From positions 4,121 through 68,120 of the forward strand of contig CAINDP010000153.1 in assembly GCA_903847405.1 (NCBI GenBank): DNA of 64,000 nt. Direction: 5' to 3'. This document shows, piece after piece, positions 55,017-63,476 of this stretch (positions are counted from its first letter, which is position 1; the number at the start of each line of letters is the position of its first letter). Made by a program: the position numbers and the translations under genes. Origin of the DNA: an uncultured Myxococcales bacterium. GTDB taxonomy: Bacteria > Myxococcota_A > UBA9042 > DTJE01. A model generated the notes under the pieces. That model worked only from the letters and a program-made list of their open reading frames with translations, was not told the DNA's origin and searched no databases.

Positions 55017-55508
55017 TCACGCTCCTGGCGGACCGGCATCCGCGTCGCCGGCATTCTCGCCAGTCGCCGATGCGGTGTCCAGTTCGCTCCTGCACTGCCC
55101 TTCCCGATCCACGAAAACTCCCCGTCCCGTCGCCATGATCCGCTGGCCCTGCCGGGCCTCGGAACGCAGGCGATACAGCGGCGGGGCAGACTCCACGATC
55201 CACGCCTGCACCTGCGTCGGAACCTCCAGCGCCACCGGATGCCGGAACCGGACCTGCAGATCGCCCGTCACCGCGGCAATCCCGCGCGCCATCAGGCACT
55301 GCGCCATGGCGGAATCCAGGAGGGTCGCAACCACTCCACCCTGGGCCATTCCCGGGTAGCCCTCGAAGCGTGAATCCAGGTTCGCCCGTCCTGCCACCGT
55401 TCCATCCGGCCGAACGCCGCACAGGAATCCCAGGCCGTCCGCCCGGTCCGGCGAGCAGGCAAAGCAGTGGGGATGCAATGTCTCCCGCTTCCGGACGATG
55501 TTCTCCAA
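55017..55508 (-). CDS. PaaI/hotdog-fold thioesterase family protein
   Basis: LHPHCFACSP...GYPGMAQGGVVATLLDSAMAQC hotdog thioesterase pattern; start tentatively TTG 55506-55508. Confidence 0.5.
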   Translation of the reverse strand: MENIVRKRETLHPHCFACSPDRADGLGFLCGVRPDGTVAGRANLDSRFEGYPGMAQGGVVATLLDSAMAQCLMARGIAAVTGDLQVRFRHPVALEVPTQVQAWIVESAPPLYRLRSEARQGQRIMATGRGVFVDREGQCRSELDTASATGENAGDADAGPPGA

Positions 55509-55539
55509 CGGCGCCCTCCTTGAACACGCCCTGAAATTA

Positions 55540-55553
55540 TGGGCAAATGCCCC
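55540..55553. promoter_or_regulatory. palindromic motif GGGCA-AA-TGCCC (instance 1 of 3)
   Basis: Read directly; about 90 nt upstream of DUF1847 ATG 55644 and just upstream of divergent thioesterase start. Confidence 0.4.
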
Positions 55554-55643
55554 GCATTGTGCAACGATCAGGCACCGGGGCGCCCGTCGCCGGAGGAGGT
55601 TTTCTTCCGCCGGATGCCGGCCCCATCGCCGCACGGAGGTTCC

Positions 55644-56255
55644 ATGGCCCCGGATCCCATCGACCCGGTCCCGTTCGGTTGCCGCCACTGCGTGACGCGA
55701 GGCAGTTTCGTCGGCGGGAACGCCCGGACTCCCAGGGATTGCCCCACCACCACGCACCCGGAAACGTCGAAAGACGTGTCGGCATATCTGTCCCCGGAGC
55801 GCCAGGCCTTGATGCGGGTGGCGAACGACGCTCCCTTCGCCCCCGACGGCCGCCTGCGGAACCGGGTGGAGGAACTGGTCTTCTTCGCCCGGTCGCAGGG
55901 GATGCGACGCATCGGCGTGGCCTTCTGCGTTTCCCTTCTGAAGGAGGCCCAGGAACTGGGCCGGATCCTGGTCGCCGAGGGACTGGAGGTGGAACTGGTC
56001 TGCTGCCGCGTCGGGGCGGTGGACCATGACGAAATCGGCCTGCCCAAGGCGAACCCCGAAAAGTTCGCTGCCATCTGCAATCCCGTGGCCCAGGCACGCC
56101 TGCTGGACGAACGCGGGGTGGATCTGATCGTCCAGATGGGGCTGTGCATCGGCCACGACTTGATCCTGCAGCAGGAGGCCCGGGCGCCGGTCACGACCCT
56201 GGTGGTCAAGGACCGGGTGCTGGATCACCACACGATCCGGGCGTTGCGCCCATGA
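55644..56255 (+). CDS. DUF1847 family metal-binding protein
   Basis: Cys-containing N-terminus (FGCRHCV...), conserved DUF1847-like core; internal ATG (MAPDPIDP) preferred because GGGCAAATGCCC palindrome overlaps the longer ORF start at 55539. Confidence 0.5.
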   Translation: MAPDPIDPVPFGCRHCVTRGSFVGGNARTPRDCPTTTHPETSKDVSAYLSPERQALMRVANDAPFAPDGRLRNRVEELVFFARSQGMRRIGVAFCVSLLKEAQELGRILVAEGLEVELVCCRVGAVDHDEIGLPKANPEKFAAICNPVAQARLLDERGVDLIVQMGLCIGHDLILQQEARAPVTTLVVKDRVLDHHTIRALRP

Positions 56256-56284
56256 CGAGGCCCCACCCAACGGAGGATGATTCC

Positions 56285-57274
56285 ATGCGATTCCGAATCC
56301 ATCCCGCCTGGTGGCCGGTCCTGGCCCTGGCCAGCCCGGCATTGGTCCCCTGGCTGGCCATTCAGACAGGCCGCTTCGCCACGGGCAGAACTCGCGCGTT
56401 GCAGGTCAACAAGGACCGGGTGTCATCGGCCCTCCCCCTGGCGCTGCCCGTCCTGGACGACCTTCGGCTGACCGTGCTGGTCGATCACGCGCACGAAACG
56501 GGGTTCCTGGGTGACGCAGGCGTCTCGTACGTGATGGCCACTCCGTCCGGCACGACCTTGATGGACGTGGGTTTCGGTCCCGGAACCCCCAGCCTTGCAC
56601 ACAACGCGTCCAGGCTGGGGTTCCAGGCTGCAGGCATCGACAGTGTCGTCATCACGCACCTGCACCTGGATCACATGGGCGGGCTGCGTGCCGCGCGGGC
56701 GCATCGGGTCGAGTGGCCGGAGGGCTTCGTTCCAAGGCCCGGGACCCCCTGCTTCCTGCCGGCTCCGGCGGACGCGCCTGGGCTGGACGCGACGCTGGTC
56801 GAAGGTCCCCGCCTGCTGCCGGGTGGCCTGGCAACCACGGGTCCCCTGGCGCGCATGCTCTGTCTGACGGGGTGGATCGAGGAGCAGGCGCTGGTCGCGA
56901 AGCGGAGGGATGGCGGTCTGGTCGTGGTCACGGGATGCGGTCACCCCACGCTCGAAACCATCCTGGCCATGGTGCGCCGAATGGATCCGGCGAAAGTCCA
57001 CACGGTGGTGGGCGGGCTGCATTTCCCGATCACCGGGTCCCGGATCAAGCGGCTGGGAATCCAGTTCCAGCAGGTCATCGGGACCGGAAAGTGCTGGTGG
57101 GCGGGTGTCACCGACGCGGACCTGACCGCCACGATCGCGACCCTGAACGCCGCCGGCGTGCAACGGCTGCTCCTGTCGGCGCACGACACGTGCGACCACG
57201 CCATCGAACGCCTGCGACGCGAGACACATGCCGAGGTCGAGGTGGTGCAAGCGGGTGCCAGTTATATCCTCTGA
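56285..57274 (+). CDS. MBL-fold metallo-hydrolase
   Basis: Signal-like N-terminus; metallo-beta-lactamase HxHxDH motif ITHLHLDHMGG. Confidence 0.75.
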   Translation: MRFRIHPAWWPVLALASPALVPWLAIQTGRFATGRTRALQVNKDRVSSALPLALPVLDDLRLTVLVDHAHETGFLGDAGVSYVMATPSGTTLMDVGFGPGTPSLAHNASRLGFQAAGIDSVVITHLHLDHMGGLRAARAHRVEWPEGFVPRPGTPCFLPAPADAPGLDATLVEGPRLLPGGLATTGPLARMLCLTGWIEEQALVAKRRDGGLVVVTGCGHPTLETILAMVRRMDPAKVHTVVGGLHFPITGSRIKRLGIQFQQVIGTGKCWWAGVTDADLTATIATLNAAGVQRLLLSAHDTCDHAIERLRRETHAEVEVVQAGASYIL

Positions 57275-57335
57275 CGTGAGTTCCCCAGGGACCGTGGGCG
57301 ACTTCACGGAACCATCCAGCCGTTGACTTCTTTTT

Positions 57336-57348
57336 GGGCAAATGCCAA
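57336..57348. promoter_or_regulatory. palindromic motif GGGCA-AA-TGCCA (instance 2 of 3)
   Basis: TTTTGGGCAAATGCCAATATCC about 200 nt upstream of nifX-like operon start. Confidence 0.35.
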
Positions 57349-57538
57349 TATCCATCCCCGAGACCGGAGCCTGGGCAACGGCGTTACGAGGGCCCGGTCG
57401 ATCGAGGGTTCCGGATAGAGGGAGGCAGACATGCCAGGTCATGATGGAACAGGTCCCCTGGGGCAGGGACCGGGCGCAGGGCGCGGCAGGTGGCGTCACG
57501 GGCAGGCAAGGCCGGCCGTTGAAGATGGAGAAATCCCG

Positions 57539-57958
57539 ATGAGCAATCGAACGATCATCGCGCTCCCGGTCGAGGACGACGCCGGCCTGGAATCCGACGT
57601 CTGCCAGCATTTCGGCCATGCGGCGGGGTTCGCCCTCGTCGAAGTCGATGGTGCGCAGATTGCCTCCTGCCGCGTGGTCAGGAACCCAATGGCGGAAGAC
57701 CACCAACCGGGGATGCTGCCGGGGTTCGTCCATTCCACCGGCGCGAACGTCCTGCTGGCGGGCGGCATGGGCCCGCGGGCCGTTGACCTGCTGCATGGAT
57801 TCGGGATCGACGTGGCCACCGGCGCCCAGGGGCGCGTGCGCGACGTCGTCACCGCGTACCTGGCCGGGAACCTCACCGGCATCACGCCCTGCGACCACAG
57901 CCACGACCATGGCGGCGGATGCGGCGATCACACGCGCCATCACGGAGGTCCGACATGA
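57539..57958 (+). CDS. NifX/NifB-C-terminal-type dinitrogenase FeMo-cofactor-binding family protein (COG1433-like) with His/Cys-rich tail
   Basis: MSNRTIIALPVEDDAGLESDVCQHFGHAAGFALVEV...VLLAGGMGPRAVDLL; tail CDHSHDHGGGCGDH. Confidence 0.7.
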   Translation: MSNRTIIALPVEDDAGLESDVCQHFGHAAGFALVEVDGAQIASCRVVRNPMAEDHQPGMLPGFVHSTGANVLLAGGMGPRAVDLLHGFGIDVATGAQGRVRDVVTAYLAGNLTGITPCDHSHDHGGGCGDHTRHHGGPT

Positions 57959-58299
57959 AGGTGGCCGTTTCGATCGAGGAAGGAAAGGGCATGACCGCCC
58001 CGGTGTGCCAGACCTTTGGCCGTGCCCCGTGGTTCGTCGTGGTCGATGACACGACCGGCGGAATGACCTTCGTGGCCAATACGGCCGCATCAGGGGCCCA
58101 CGGCGCCGGTACAGGCGCCGCGTCCTTGATGGCCCGGCACGGCGTCGACGCGGTCATCTCCGGCCGCTTCGGACCCAACGCCTTCGAAGCCCTCCACCTT
58201 GCCCAGATCCGGATGTTCGTCTGCCTTACCGACCCGACGGCCCAGGAGGCCCTGGAACAGTTCCGTGCAGGCGCGCTGCAGGAAGTCGCTGCAACCTGA
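57955..58299 (+). CDS. NifX/NifB-C-terminal-type family protein (second copy)
   Basis: MKVAVSIEEGKGMTAPVCQTFGRAPWFVVVD...VDAVISGRFGPNAFEAL; ATGA overlap with upstream gene. Confidence 0.7.
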   Translation: MKVAVSIEEGKGMTAPVCQTFGRAPWFVVVDDTTGGMTFVANTAASGAHGAGTGAASLMARHGVDAVISGRFGPNAFEALHLAQIRMFVCLTDPTAQEALEQFRAGALQEVAAT

Positions 58300-58316
58300 C
58301 GGCGTGAAGGAGTCCC

Positions 58317-59165
58317 ATGCGGATCGTGGTCGCCAGCGGAAAGGGAGGCACCGGGAAGACGCTGGTTTCGACGTCGCTGGCACTGCACTGGGCCAGGCAG
58401 GGCCAGGAATCCTGCTACATCGATGCCGACGTCGAGGAGCCGAACGGCCACCTGTTCCTGCAACCCGCAATTGATGCAACGCGCCGCTTCACCATGCCGG
58501 TGCCCCGCCTGGAGGGGACGTGCGAGGCGTGCGGGCGCTGCCAGGAACTCTGCGCCTTCCACGCGATCCTGGCGATCAAGGGACGCGTACTGGTCTTCCC
58601 CGAACTGTGCCATTCCTGCGGCGCATGCGTCCTGGCCTGCCTTCCGGGGGTGCTGCACCTGGCACCCCGCGAGATCGGCACGATCCGCGAAGGCCGCGTC
58701 GGAAGCCTGCGCTTCATCGACGGCACCCTGGACGTGGGCGAGGCCCGCGCCGCGCGCCTGACGGAAGGCGTGGCCTCCACGCCTTGCGGGGGACGGGTCA
58801 TCGTGGATGCACCGCCGGGGACCTCCTGTCCCGCAGTGGCGACACTCCGCGGCGCGGACATCGCCGTACTGGTCACCGAACCGACGCCGTTCGGCTTGCA
58901 TGACCTGGGCCTTGCGATCCGCATGTGCCGTTCCCTGGGAGTCCCCCCCGTCGTCGTGGTCAACCGGTCCGACCTCGGAGGCGACGTGGAAGCCGCCCTG
59001 GCCGAGTTCGGCGCCCCGGTGGTCGGGCGGATTCCCTTCGACCCCAGGATTGCCGTGGCGACCGCGAAAGGGGAAATCGCGATCGATGTCGTCCCGCGAT
59101 TCGCGGAAACCGTGGCCGGGATTGCCCTGGCCGTGGAGCGCGCCGCCCTGGAGGCCCGCTCATGA
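58317..59165 (+). CDS. MinD/ParA-superfamily P-loop ATPase with inserted double 4Fe-4S ferredoxin domain (COG1149-like)
   Basis: ASGKGGTGKT deviant Walker A; ferredoxin cysteines CEACGRCQELCAFHAI and CHSCGACVLACLPGV. Confidence 0.8.
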   Translation: MRIVVASGKGGTGKTLVSTSLALHWARQGQESCYIDADVEEPNGHLFLQPAIDATRRFTMPVPRLEGTCEACGRCQELCAFHAILAIKGRVLVFPELCHSCGACVLACLPGVLHLAPREIGTIREGRVGSLRFIDGTLDVGEARAARLTEGVASTPCGGRVIVDAPPGTSCPAVATLRGADIAVLVTEPTPFGLHDLGLAIRMCRSLGVPPVVVVNRSDLGGDVEAALAEFGAPVVGRIPFDPRIAVATAKGEIAIDVVPRFAETVAGIALAVERAALEARS

Positions 59166-60073
59166 AACAGGTCGTCGTACTGAGTGGCAAGGGGGGCACG
59201 GGAAAGACGTCGCTGACGGCGGCACTGGTTCGCCTGGCCGGCCGATGCGTGGCGGTGGATGCCGACGTCGATGCGGCGAACCTTGCCCTGCTGATGCCCG
59301 GCCAGGACGACCCGTGGAGGACGTTCACGGCGGGGCGCCGGGCCCGGATCGACCCGGACCTTTGTGTCGGGTGCATGCGCTGCTCCGAGGAATGTCCGTT
59401 CAAGGCCATTCGCATGGGAGCGGCCTGGATTCCGGTTGTCGACCCGTTGGCCTGCGAGGGCTGTGGCATCTGCAAGCAGTGGTGCACACCGGGTGCCATC
59501 CGGTTCGAGGGCCATGAAGCCGGGGTCTGGACCGTGCGCAGGACCGTCTGGGGCCCGTTGGTGCACGCGGCCCTCCATGTCGGCGAGGACAACTCGGGGA
59601 AACTGGTGGCCCAGGTCCGGAAGGAAGGCGCCCGCCTGGGGTCCGCCGAGAACATCGACCTCGTTCTCGTCGACGGCCCCCCCGGAATCGGCTGCCCCGT
59701 CCATGCGGCGATCGGCGGCGCGGACCTGGTCGTGGCGATCACGGAACCCGGCGTTGCGGCGGCCCACGACCTGGAACGCCTGCTGGACCTGGCGCGCTGG
59801 TTCCACGTACCGGCGGCCATCGTGCTGAACAAGGCGGACCTGCATCCAGCGGCCTCTGCGGACCTGCGGTTCATGGCGGCCGCCCGGGGCGTCCCGGTCC
59901 TGGTGGATCTGCCGTTCCTGCCCGCGGTTCCACGCGCCCTGGCCCGGGGACGGTGTCTTCTGGAGGTGGAGGGCCTGCAGGAACCCCTGGACGCCTGCTG
60001 GGCCGGCATCCAGCGAATGCTGGCCGGGGCGCCGGCCCCAGCGGAAGAGTGCAGACCCGCGGAGCCGACATGA
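59162..60073 (+). CDS. MinD/ParA-superfamily P-loop ATPase with inserted 4Fe-4S ferredoxin domain (second copy)
   Basis: LSGKGGTGKT; CVGCMRCSEECPFKAI and CEGCGICKQWCTPGAI; ATGA overlap with upstream gene. Confidence 0.8.
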   Translation: MKQVVVLSGKGGTGKTSLTAALVRLAGRCVAVDADVDAANLALLMPGQDDPWRTFTAGRRARIDPDLCVGCMRCSEECPFKAIRMGAAWIPVVDPLACEGCGICKQWCTPGAIRFEGHEAGVWTVRRTVWGPLVHAALHVGEDNSGKLVAQVRKEGARLGSAENIDLVLVDGPPGIGCPVHAAIGGADLVVAITEPGVAAAHDLERLLDLARWFHVPAAIVLNKADLHPAASADLRFMAAARGVPVLVDLPFLPAVPRALARGRCLLEVEGLQEPLDACWAGIQRMLAGAPAPAEECRPAEPT

Positions 60074-60250
60074 GTCGTCATGTCTTCGGTCCCGTACCCT
60101 CCCGCCGCCGGGGTCGGCCACGACGCCCGTCCTGGACATTGCGGCTCCTTCCCCAAGGGTCGTGTGGCGTAACGAGCATATGCTACCCTGTGTACCGGTC
60201 GGGCCCCAGGGTGCCTGCAGTGGGTCATGGACGGCGCAGGGAGGTACGGG

Positions 60251-60727
60251 ATGAGTGACAAGGCGTTCCAGGATTTCTACCCGGACGATGTGGCCTGGTG
60301 CTACGGCTGCGGGCGCCTGAACCCGCCCGGCCTGCACGTGCGCAGTTTCTGGGACGGGGACGAAGCCGTATGCCGGTACACGCCGGGTCCGCAGCATATC
60401 GCGATCCCCGGGTACGTGTATGGCGGGCTGATCGCATCGCTGATCGACTGCCACGGCACCGGGACTGCCGCCGCCGCCGCGTACCGTGCCCAGGGGCGGC
60501 CCATGGACAGCGAGCCGCCGCTGCGCTTCGTGACGGCTTCGCTGCATGTCGACTACCTGCGCCCGACGCCCATGGGAGTGACGCTGGAAATCCGGGCACG
60601 GGTCAAGGAGATCAAGGGCCGCAAGGTGGTCGTCGAGGAGCGGCTCCTGGCCGATGGCGAGGTCTGCGCCCGGGGCGAGGTCGTCGCCGTCCAGGCTCCG
60701 AAGGAACTCTTCGCAGCGAAAGCGTGA
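60251..60727 (+). CDS. hotdog-fold thioesterase-like protein
   Basis: GYVYGGLIASLIDCHGTGTAAAAAY...ASLHVDYLRPTPMG pattern of PaaI/4HBT-like proteins; start MSDKAF preferred (ORF from 60227). Confidence 0.55.
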   Translation: MSDKAFQDFYPDDVAWCYGCGRLNPPGLHVRSFWDGDEAVCRYTPGPQHIAIPGYVYGGLIASLIDCHGTGTAAAAAYRAQGRPMDSEPPLRFVTASLHVDYLRPTPMGVTLEIRARVKEIKGRKVVVEERLLADGEVCARGEVVAVQAPKELFAAKA

Positions 60728-60748
60728 GGACCTGAACCCGGAGCATCG

Positions 60749-61291
60749 TCAGGGCACCGGATCCTGCAGCAGCGCCAGGGCCTCGTCCGGGATTGCCTTC
60801 TCGAACAGGCGTCCTCCGATCCGGAAGGTTGGAGTGACCCGGATGCCCAGTTCCCGGGCCTCCGTGGTATCCCGTGCCAGGATCTCGTGCACGCCGGGGT
60901 CCTCCATGCAGCAATGGAACGCATCCTCGTCCAGGTCCAGCGCCCGGGCCACTGCAACCGCACACCGGCGTGCCGCGCATACCGCATCGGCGTTCAGCAG
61001 AAGGTAGTCGTGGGCCTCCCAGAAGCGGCCTTGCCTGGCGGCGCAGACGGAGACGCGCGCGAGTTCGCATGCCCGCGCATGGAACGGCTGCATCGCATCG
61101 GGATTGCAGGACGGGTCCATGGGGAGGTTCCTGTACACGACCTTGATCCGCCCCGGGAACAGGGACAGCAGGCGGCGCACCTTGAGGTGTGCGCGGCGAC
61201 AGTCGGGGCACCGATAGTCCGTGAACTCCTGGACTTCGAGGACGGTGGTCGGGGAGCCCATCCAGGGCTGGCCGTCGGTGGTCATTCCCAC
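60749..61291 (-). CDS. DsbA-like thioredoxin-fold protein lacking a recognisable signal peptide
   Basis: CPDC active site in EFTDYRCPDCRRAH; DsbA-like C-terminal helices; N-terminus abrupt (MGMTTDGQPW). Confidence 0.55.
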   Translation of the reverse strand: MGMTTDGQPWMGSPTTVLEVQEFTDYRCPDCRRAHLKVRRLLSLFPGRIKVVYRNLPMDPSCNPDAMQPFHARACELARVSVCAARQGRFWEAHDYLLLNADAVCAARRCAVAVARALDLDEDAFHCCMEDPGVHEILARDTTEARELGIRVTPTFRIGGRLFEKAIPDEALALLQDPVP

Positions 61292-61496
61292 GGGATGGTT
61301 CTTCCTGTCTGCGGCCCGCGATGCCGGTCCCTACCTTCTGTCCGTGGCTGCGGCCGGTTTCCTATACGTGGCGCTGGCCGACCTGGTGCCGTCGCTGCGG
61401 GGCCGGATGACATGGAAGGGCGCGCTTCTCGACCTGTTGTTGATGGCACTCGGCCTTGCCACCGCGTGGCTGGCCACCCACAGCCACGGGGAGTAG
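61221..61496 (+). pseudogene. possible remnant of a ZIP (ZupT-like) metal transporter C-terminus
   Basis: 91-aa ORF with two TM helices resembling ZIP C-terminal TMs (LLSVAAAGFLYVALADLVPSL); too short for intact gene; overlaps dsbA-like 5' end on opposite strand. Confidence 0.25.
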
Positions 61497-61516
61497 CCTT
61501 CCGACCCCGGCAACGG

Positions 61517-62305
61517 TCAGGCACGCGCCGCAGCACGAACGCGCGACCGTGACGCCAGCAGCGCTGCCAACAGCAGCAGCAACCCCAGCGCGACCTGCGC
61601 TGCGGCGACCAGGTGCGCATCCCGGAGGCCGAACAGACGATCCGGCCGCTCATCGGGGCGACGGATGTACTCAATCAGGAAGCGAAGCACCCCCGAACCC
61701 ACCAGGTACAGGGCGAACAGGACCCCTGGCGCGACGCGTGCACGGAGCCGCCACAGTACGCCGAACAGCAGGAAGTTCACCGCCGCCTCGTACAGCGGCG
61801 TAGGGTGAACCGCCAGTTCCGTCGGGACGATCCCCTGGGGGAACGGCATGCACAGGGCCTCGTCCAGGTCGCCCGGTTTGCAGGGCAACCCATAGCAACC
61901 GTCGCCCGACAGGAAGCACCCCAGCCGGCCGAATGCGTACCCCGACGCCAGCATGGGAGCAACGGCGTCGGTCATGGCGCGCAGCGGAAGTCGTTTCCAC
62001 AGGAAGAACCCGATGTTCAGGGCCGCCGCCAGAATCAGGCCCCCGTGCCACGTCAACCCGGAACCGGAAAAAAAGTCCGACCAGGAAAATGACGGCGTCT
62101 CGGTGAGAACGTAGGCCAGTTTCGCACCCAGAAAGCCACCCAGCACGCTCAACAGGACGATCGTATCGGCGTGGCGACGATCGAAGCCGCGCCGGCCCAG
62201 TTCCCTGGCAAGCAGCCATTGTGCTGTGAAGAACCCGAGGGCCGCCATGAGGCCGTAGGTCCCGATCGGGAAGGGTTCACGCATCAAGTAAGGCCACATC
62301 GCCAT
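61517..62305 (-). CDS. lgt: prolipoprotein diacylglyceryl transferase
   Basis: Lgt signature regions (GxxxYGLMxxLGF, HGGL, GRLGCF, RxxxYEA); start uncertain (alternative ATG 62299 or TTG 62335). Confidence 0.8.
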   Translation of the reverse strand: MAMWPYLMREPFPIGTYGLMAALGFFTAQWLLARELGRRGFDRRHADTIVLLSVLGGFLGAKLAYVLTETPSFSWSDFFSGSGLTWHGGLILAAALNIGFFLWKRLPLRAMTDAVAPMLASGYAFGRLGCFLSGDGCYGLPCKPGDLDEALCMPFPQGIVPTELAVHPTPLYEAAVNFLLFGVLWRLRARVAPGVLFALYLVGSGVLRFLIEYIRRPDERPDRLFGLRDAHLVAAAQVALGLLLLLAALLASRSRVRAAARA

Positions 62306-62369
62306 CTCCCAACCGGTGAAGAAACGGTCAACCAACCGGCAACAGACCGCGGCGACGATAGCAGTTTAC

Positions 62370-62383
62370 AGGGCATATGCCCA
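62370..62383. promoter_or_regulatory. perfect palindrome GGGCATATGCCC (instance 3 of 3 of GGGCA-N2-TGCCC motif)
   Basis: Read directly; 40-70 nt upstream of lgt start. Confidence 0.4.
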
Positions 62384-62450
62384 TTACAAATTGATCATGC
62401 CGATTTGCCGCGGCCGACACGAAAGCCCGTGCCGGCGGGCACGCCCCCCG

Positions 62451-63476
62451 TCATCCCATCCACACGCCGTTGCGGATCCTCCACAACAGCGCGGGACCGG
62501 CCCCGAGGACAAGGAAGACCAGGACGGCCAATGCCACGCGCAAGGCCGCGCCGCGCACCCGGTCTGCCACGGGCCGGGCCAGTTGCGGGAACCGTCGGCC
62601 GATCGTCCCCGCCAGCGCGGCCCCACCGGCGTCCAGGGCCACCACGGCCAGGGCGCCGAACAGCGGGTAGCCGACGGCGCCGTGCCTGCCCGCAAACAGG
62701 CACCAGGGGCAGTGATGGGCCAGGACGCCGTAGTGGTAGGACGATAGATCGCGAACCAGGACAACGGCCGCTGCGGGGATCCATCCGGCCGCCAGGATCG
62801 CCAGCGCCTGCGCCGTGAAGGGCCGGCGTGCGACGCGTGGGACCGCCGCCATCGCCCCTCCCAGAGCGACCAGGATCGCCGCACCGACCAGTACCGCAGG
62901 CAGCAGCCAGGTCCCGTCCGGCTCGGCGCTCGTCCCGGCGTTCCGGACACCGTCGTACACGACGGAGCAGCAGTCCACCGGGCCCTGCCCTTCCAGGCCC
63001 CTCAGCGCATCCAGGGTGCGCCAGACCGCCATGGTCACCAGGGGAATCGCCAGCAGAATCGCCCGGCCGGACACCGTGATCAGCGGCGCCTCCGGCCGGG
63101 TCCGATCCAGCCGATCCAGGAGGTGCCACGCGCCCAGCACGCCGACCGAAGCCATCCGCAACGCGAATGCCTGCGGGCCGTCCCCCCCCATGGCCTGGAG
63201 GACCCCCGTTCCGCACATGGCGCCCGGCACGATTCCCGGAAGAACCGAGGCCACGGCCAGGACAAAGGCCAGGGTCGACGCCAGGAACAGGAACGTCGCG
63301 ACCCGGGCCCGCAGGGCCGCGGATTCGGCCCGGCGCTCCAGGCGGACCTGCCGGGCGGTGGGGGAGGCGGGCGCCCACGACAGGACGACGGCCAGCGCAT
63401 CCAGGCCCGCCGCCAGGATCAGCAGGACCGACAGGCTGTCCAGGACCACCACGGCCAGCACGATCGGATGCGGCAT
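62451..63476 (-). CDS. hypothetical polytopic membrane protein, possibly permease partner of downstream ABC ATPase
   Basis: Approx 8 predicted TM helices; no confident family; start ATG (MPHPIVLAVV) overlaps ABC ATPase stop. Confidence 0.35.
   Translation of the reverse strand: MPHPIVLAVVVLDSLSVLLILAAGLDALAVVLSWAPASPTARQVRLERRAESAALRARVATFLFLASTLAFVLAVASVLPGIVPGAMCGTGVLQAMGGDGPQAFALRMASVGVLGAWHLLDRLDRTRPEAPLITVSGRAILLAIPLVTMAVWRTLDALRGLEGQGPVDCCSVVYDGVRNAGTSAEPDGTWLLPAVLVGAAILVALGGAMAAVPRVARRPFTAQALAILAAGWIPAAAVVLVRDLSSYHYGVLAHHCPWCLFAGRHGAVGYPLFGALAVVALDAGGAALAGTIGRRFPQLARPVADRVRGAALRVALAVLVFLVLGAGPALLWRIRNGVWMG

Noticed and set aside
56423-60547. Minus-strand ORFs 56423..58090, 58415..60547, 58960..60261
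   Set aside because: Antisense to MBL, NifX-like and MinD-ferredoxin ATPase genes
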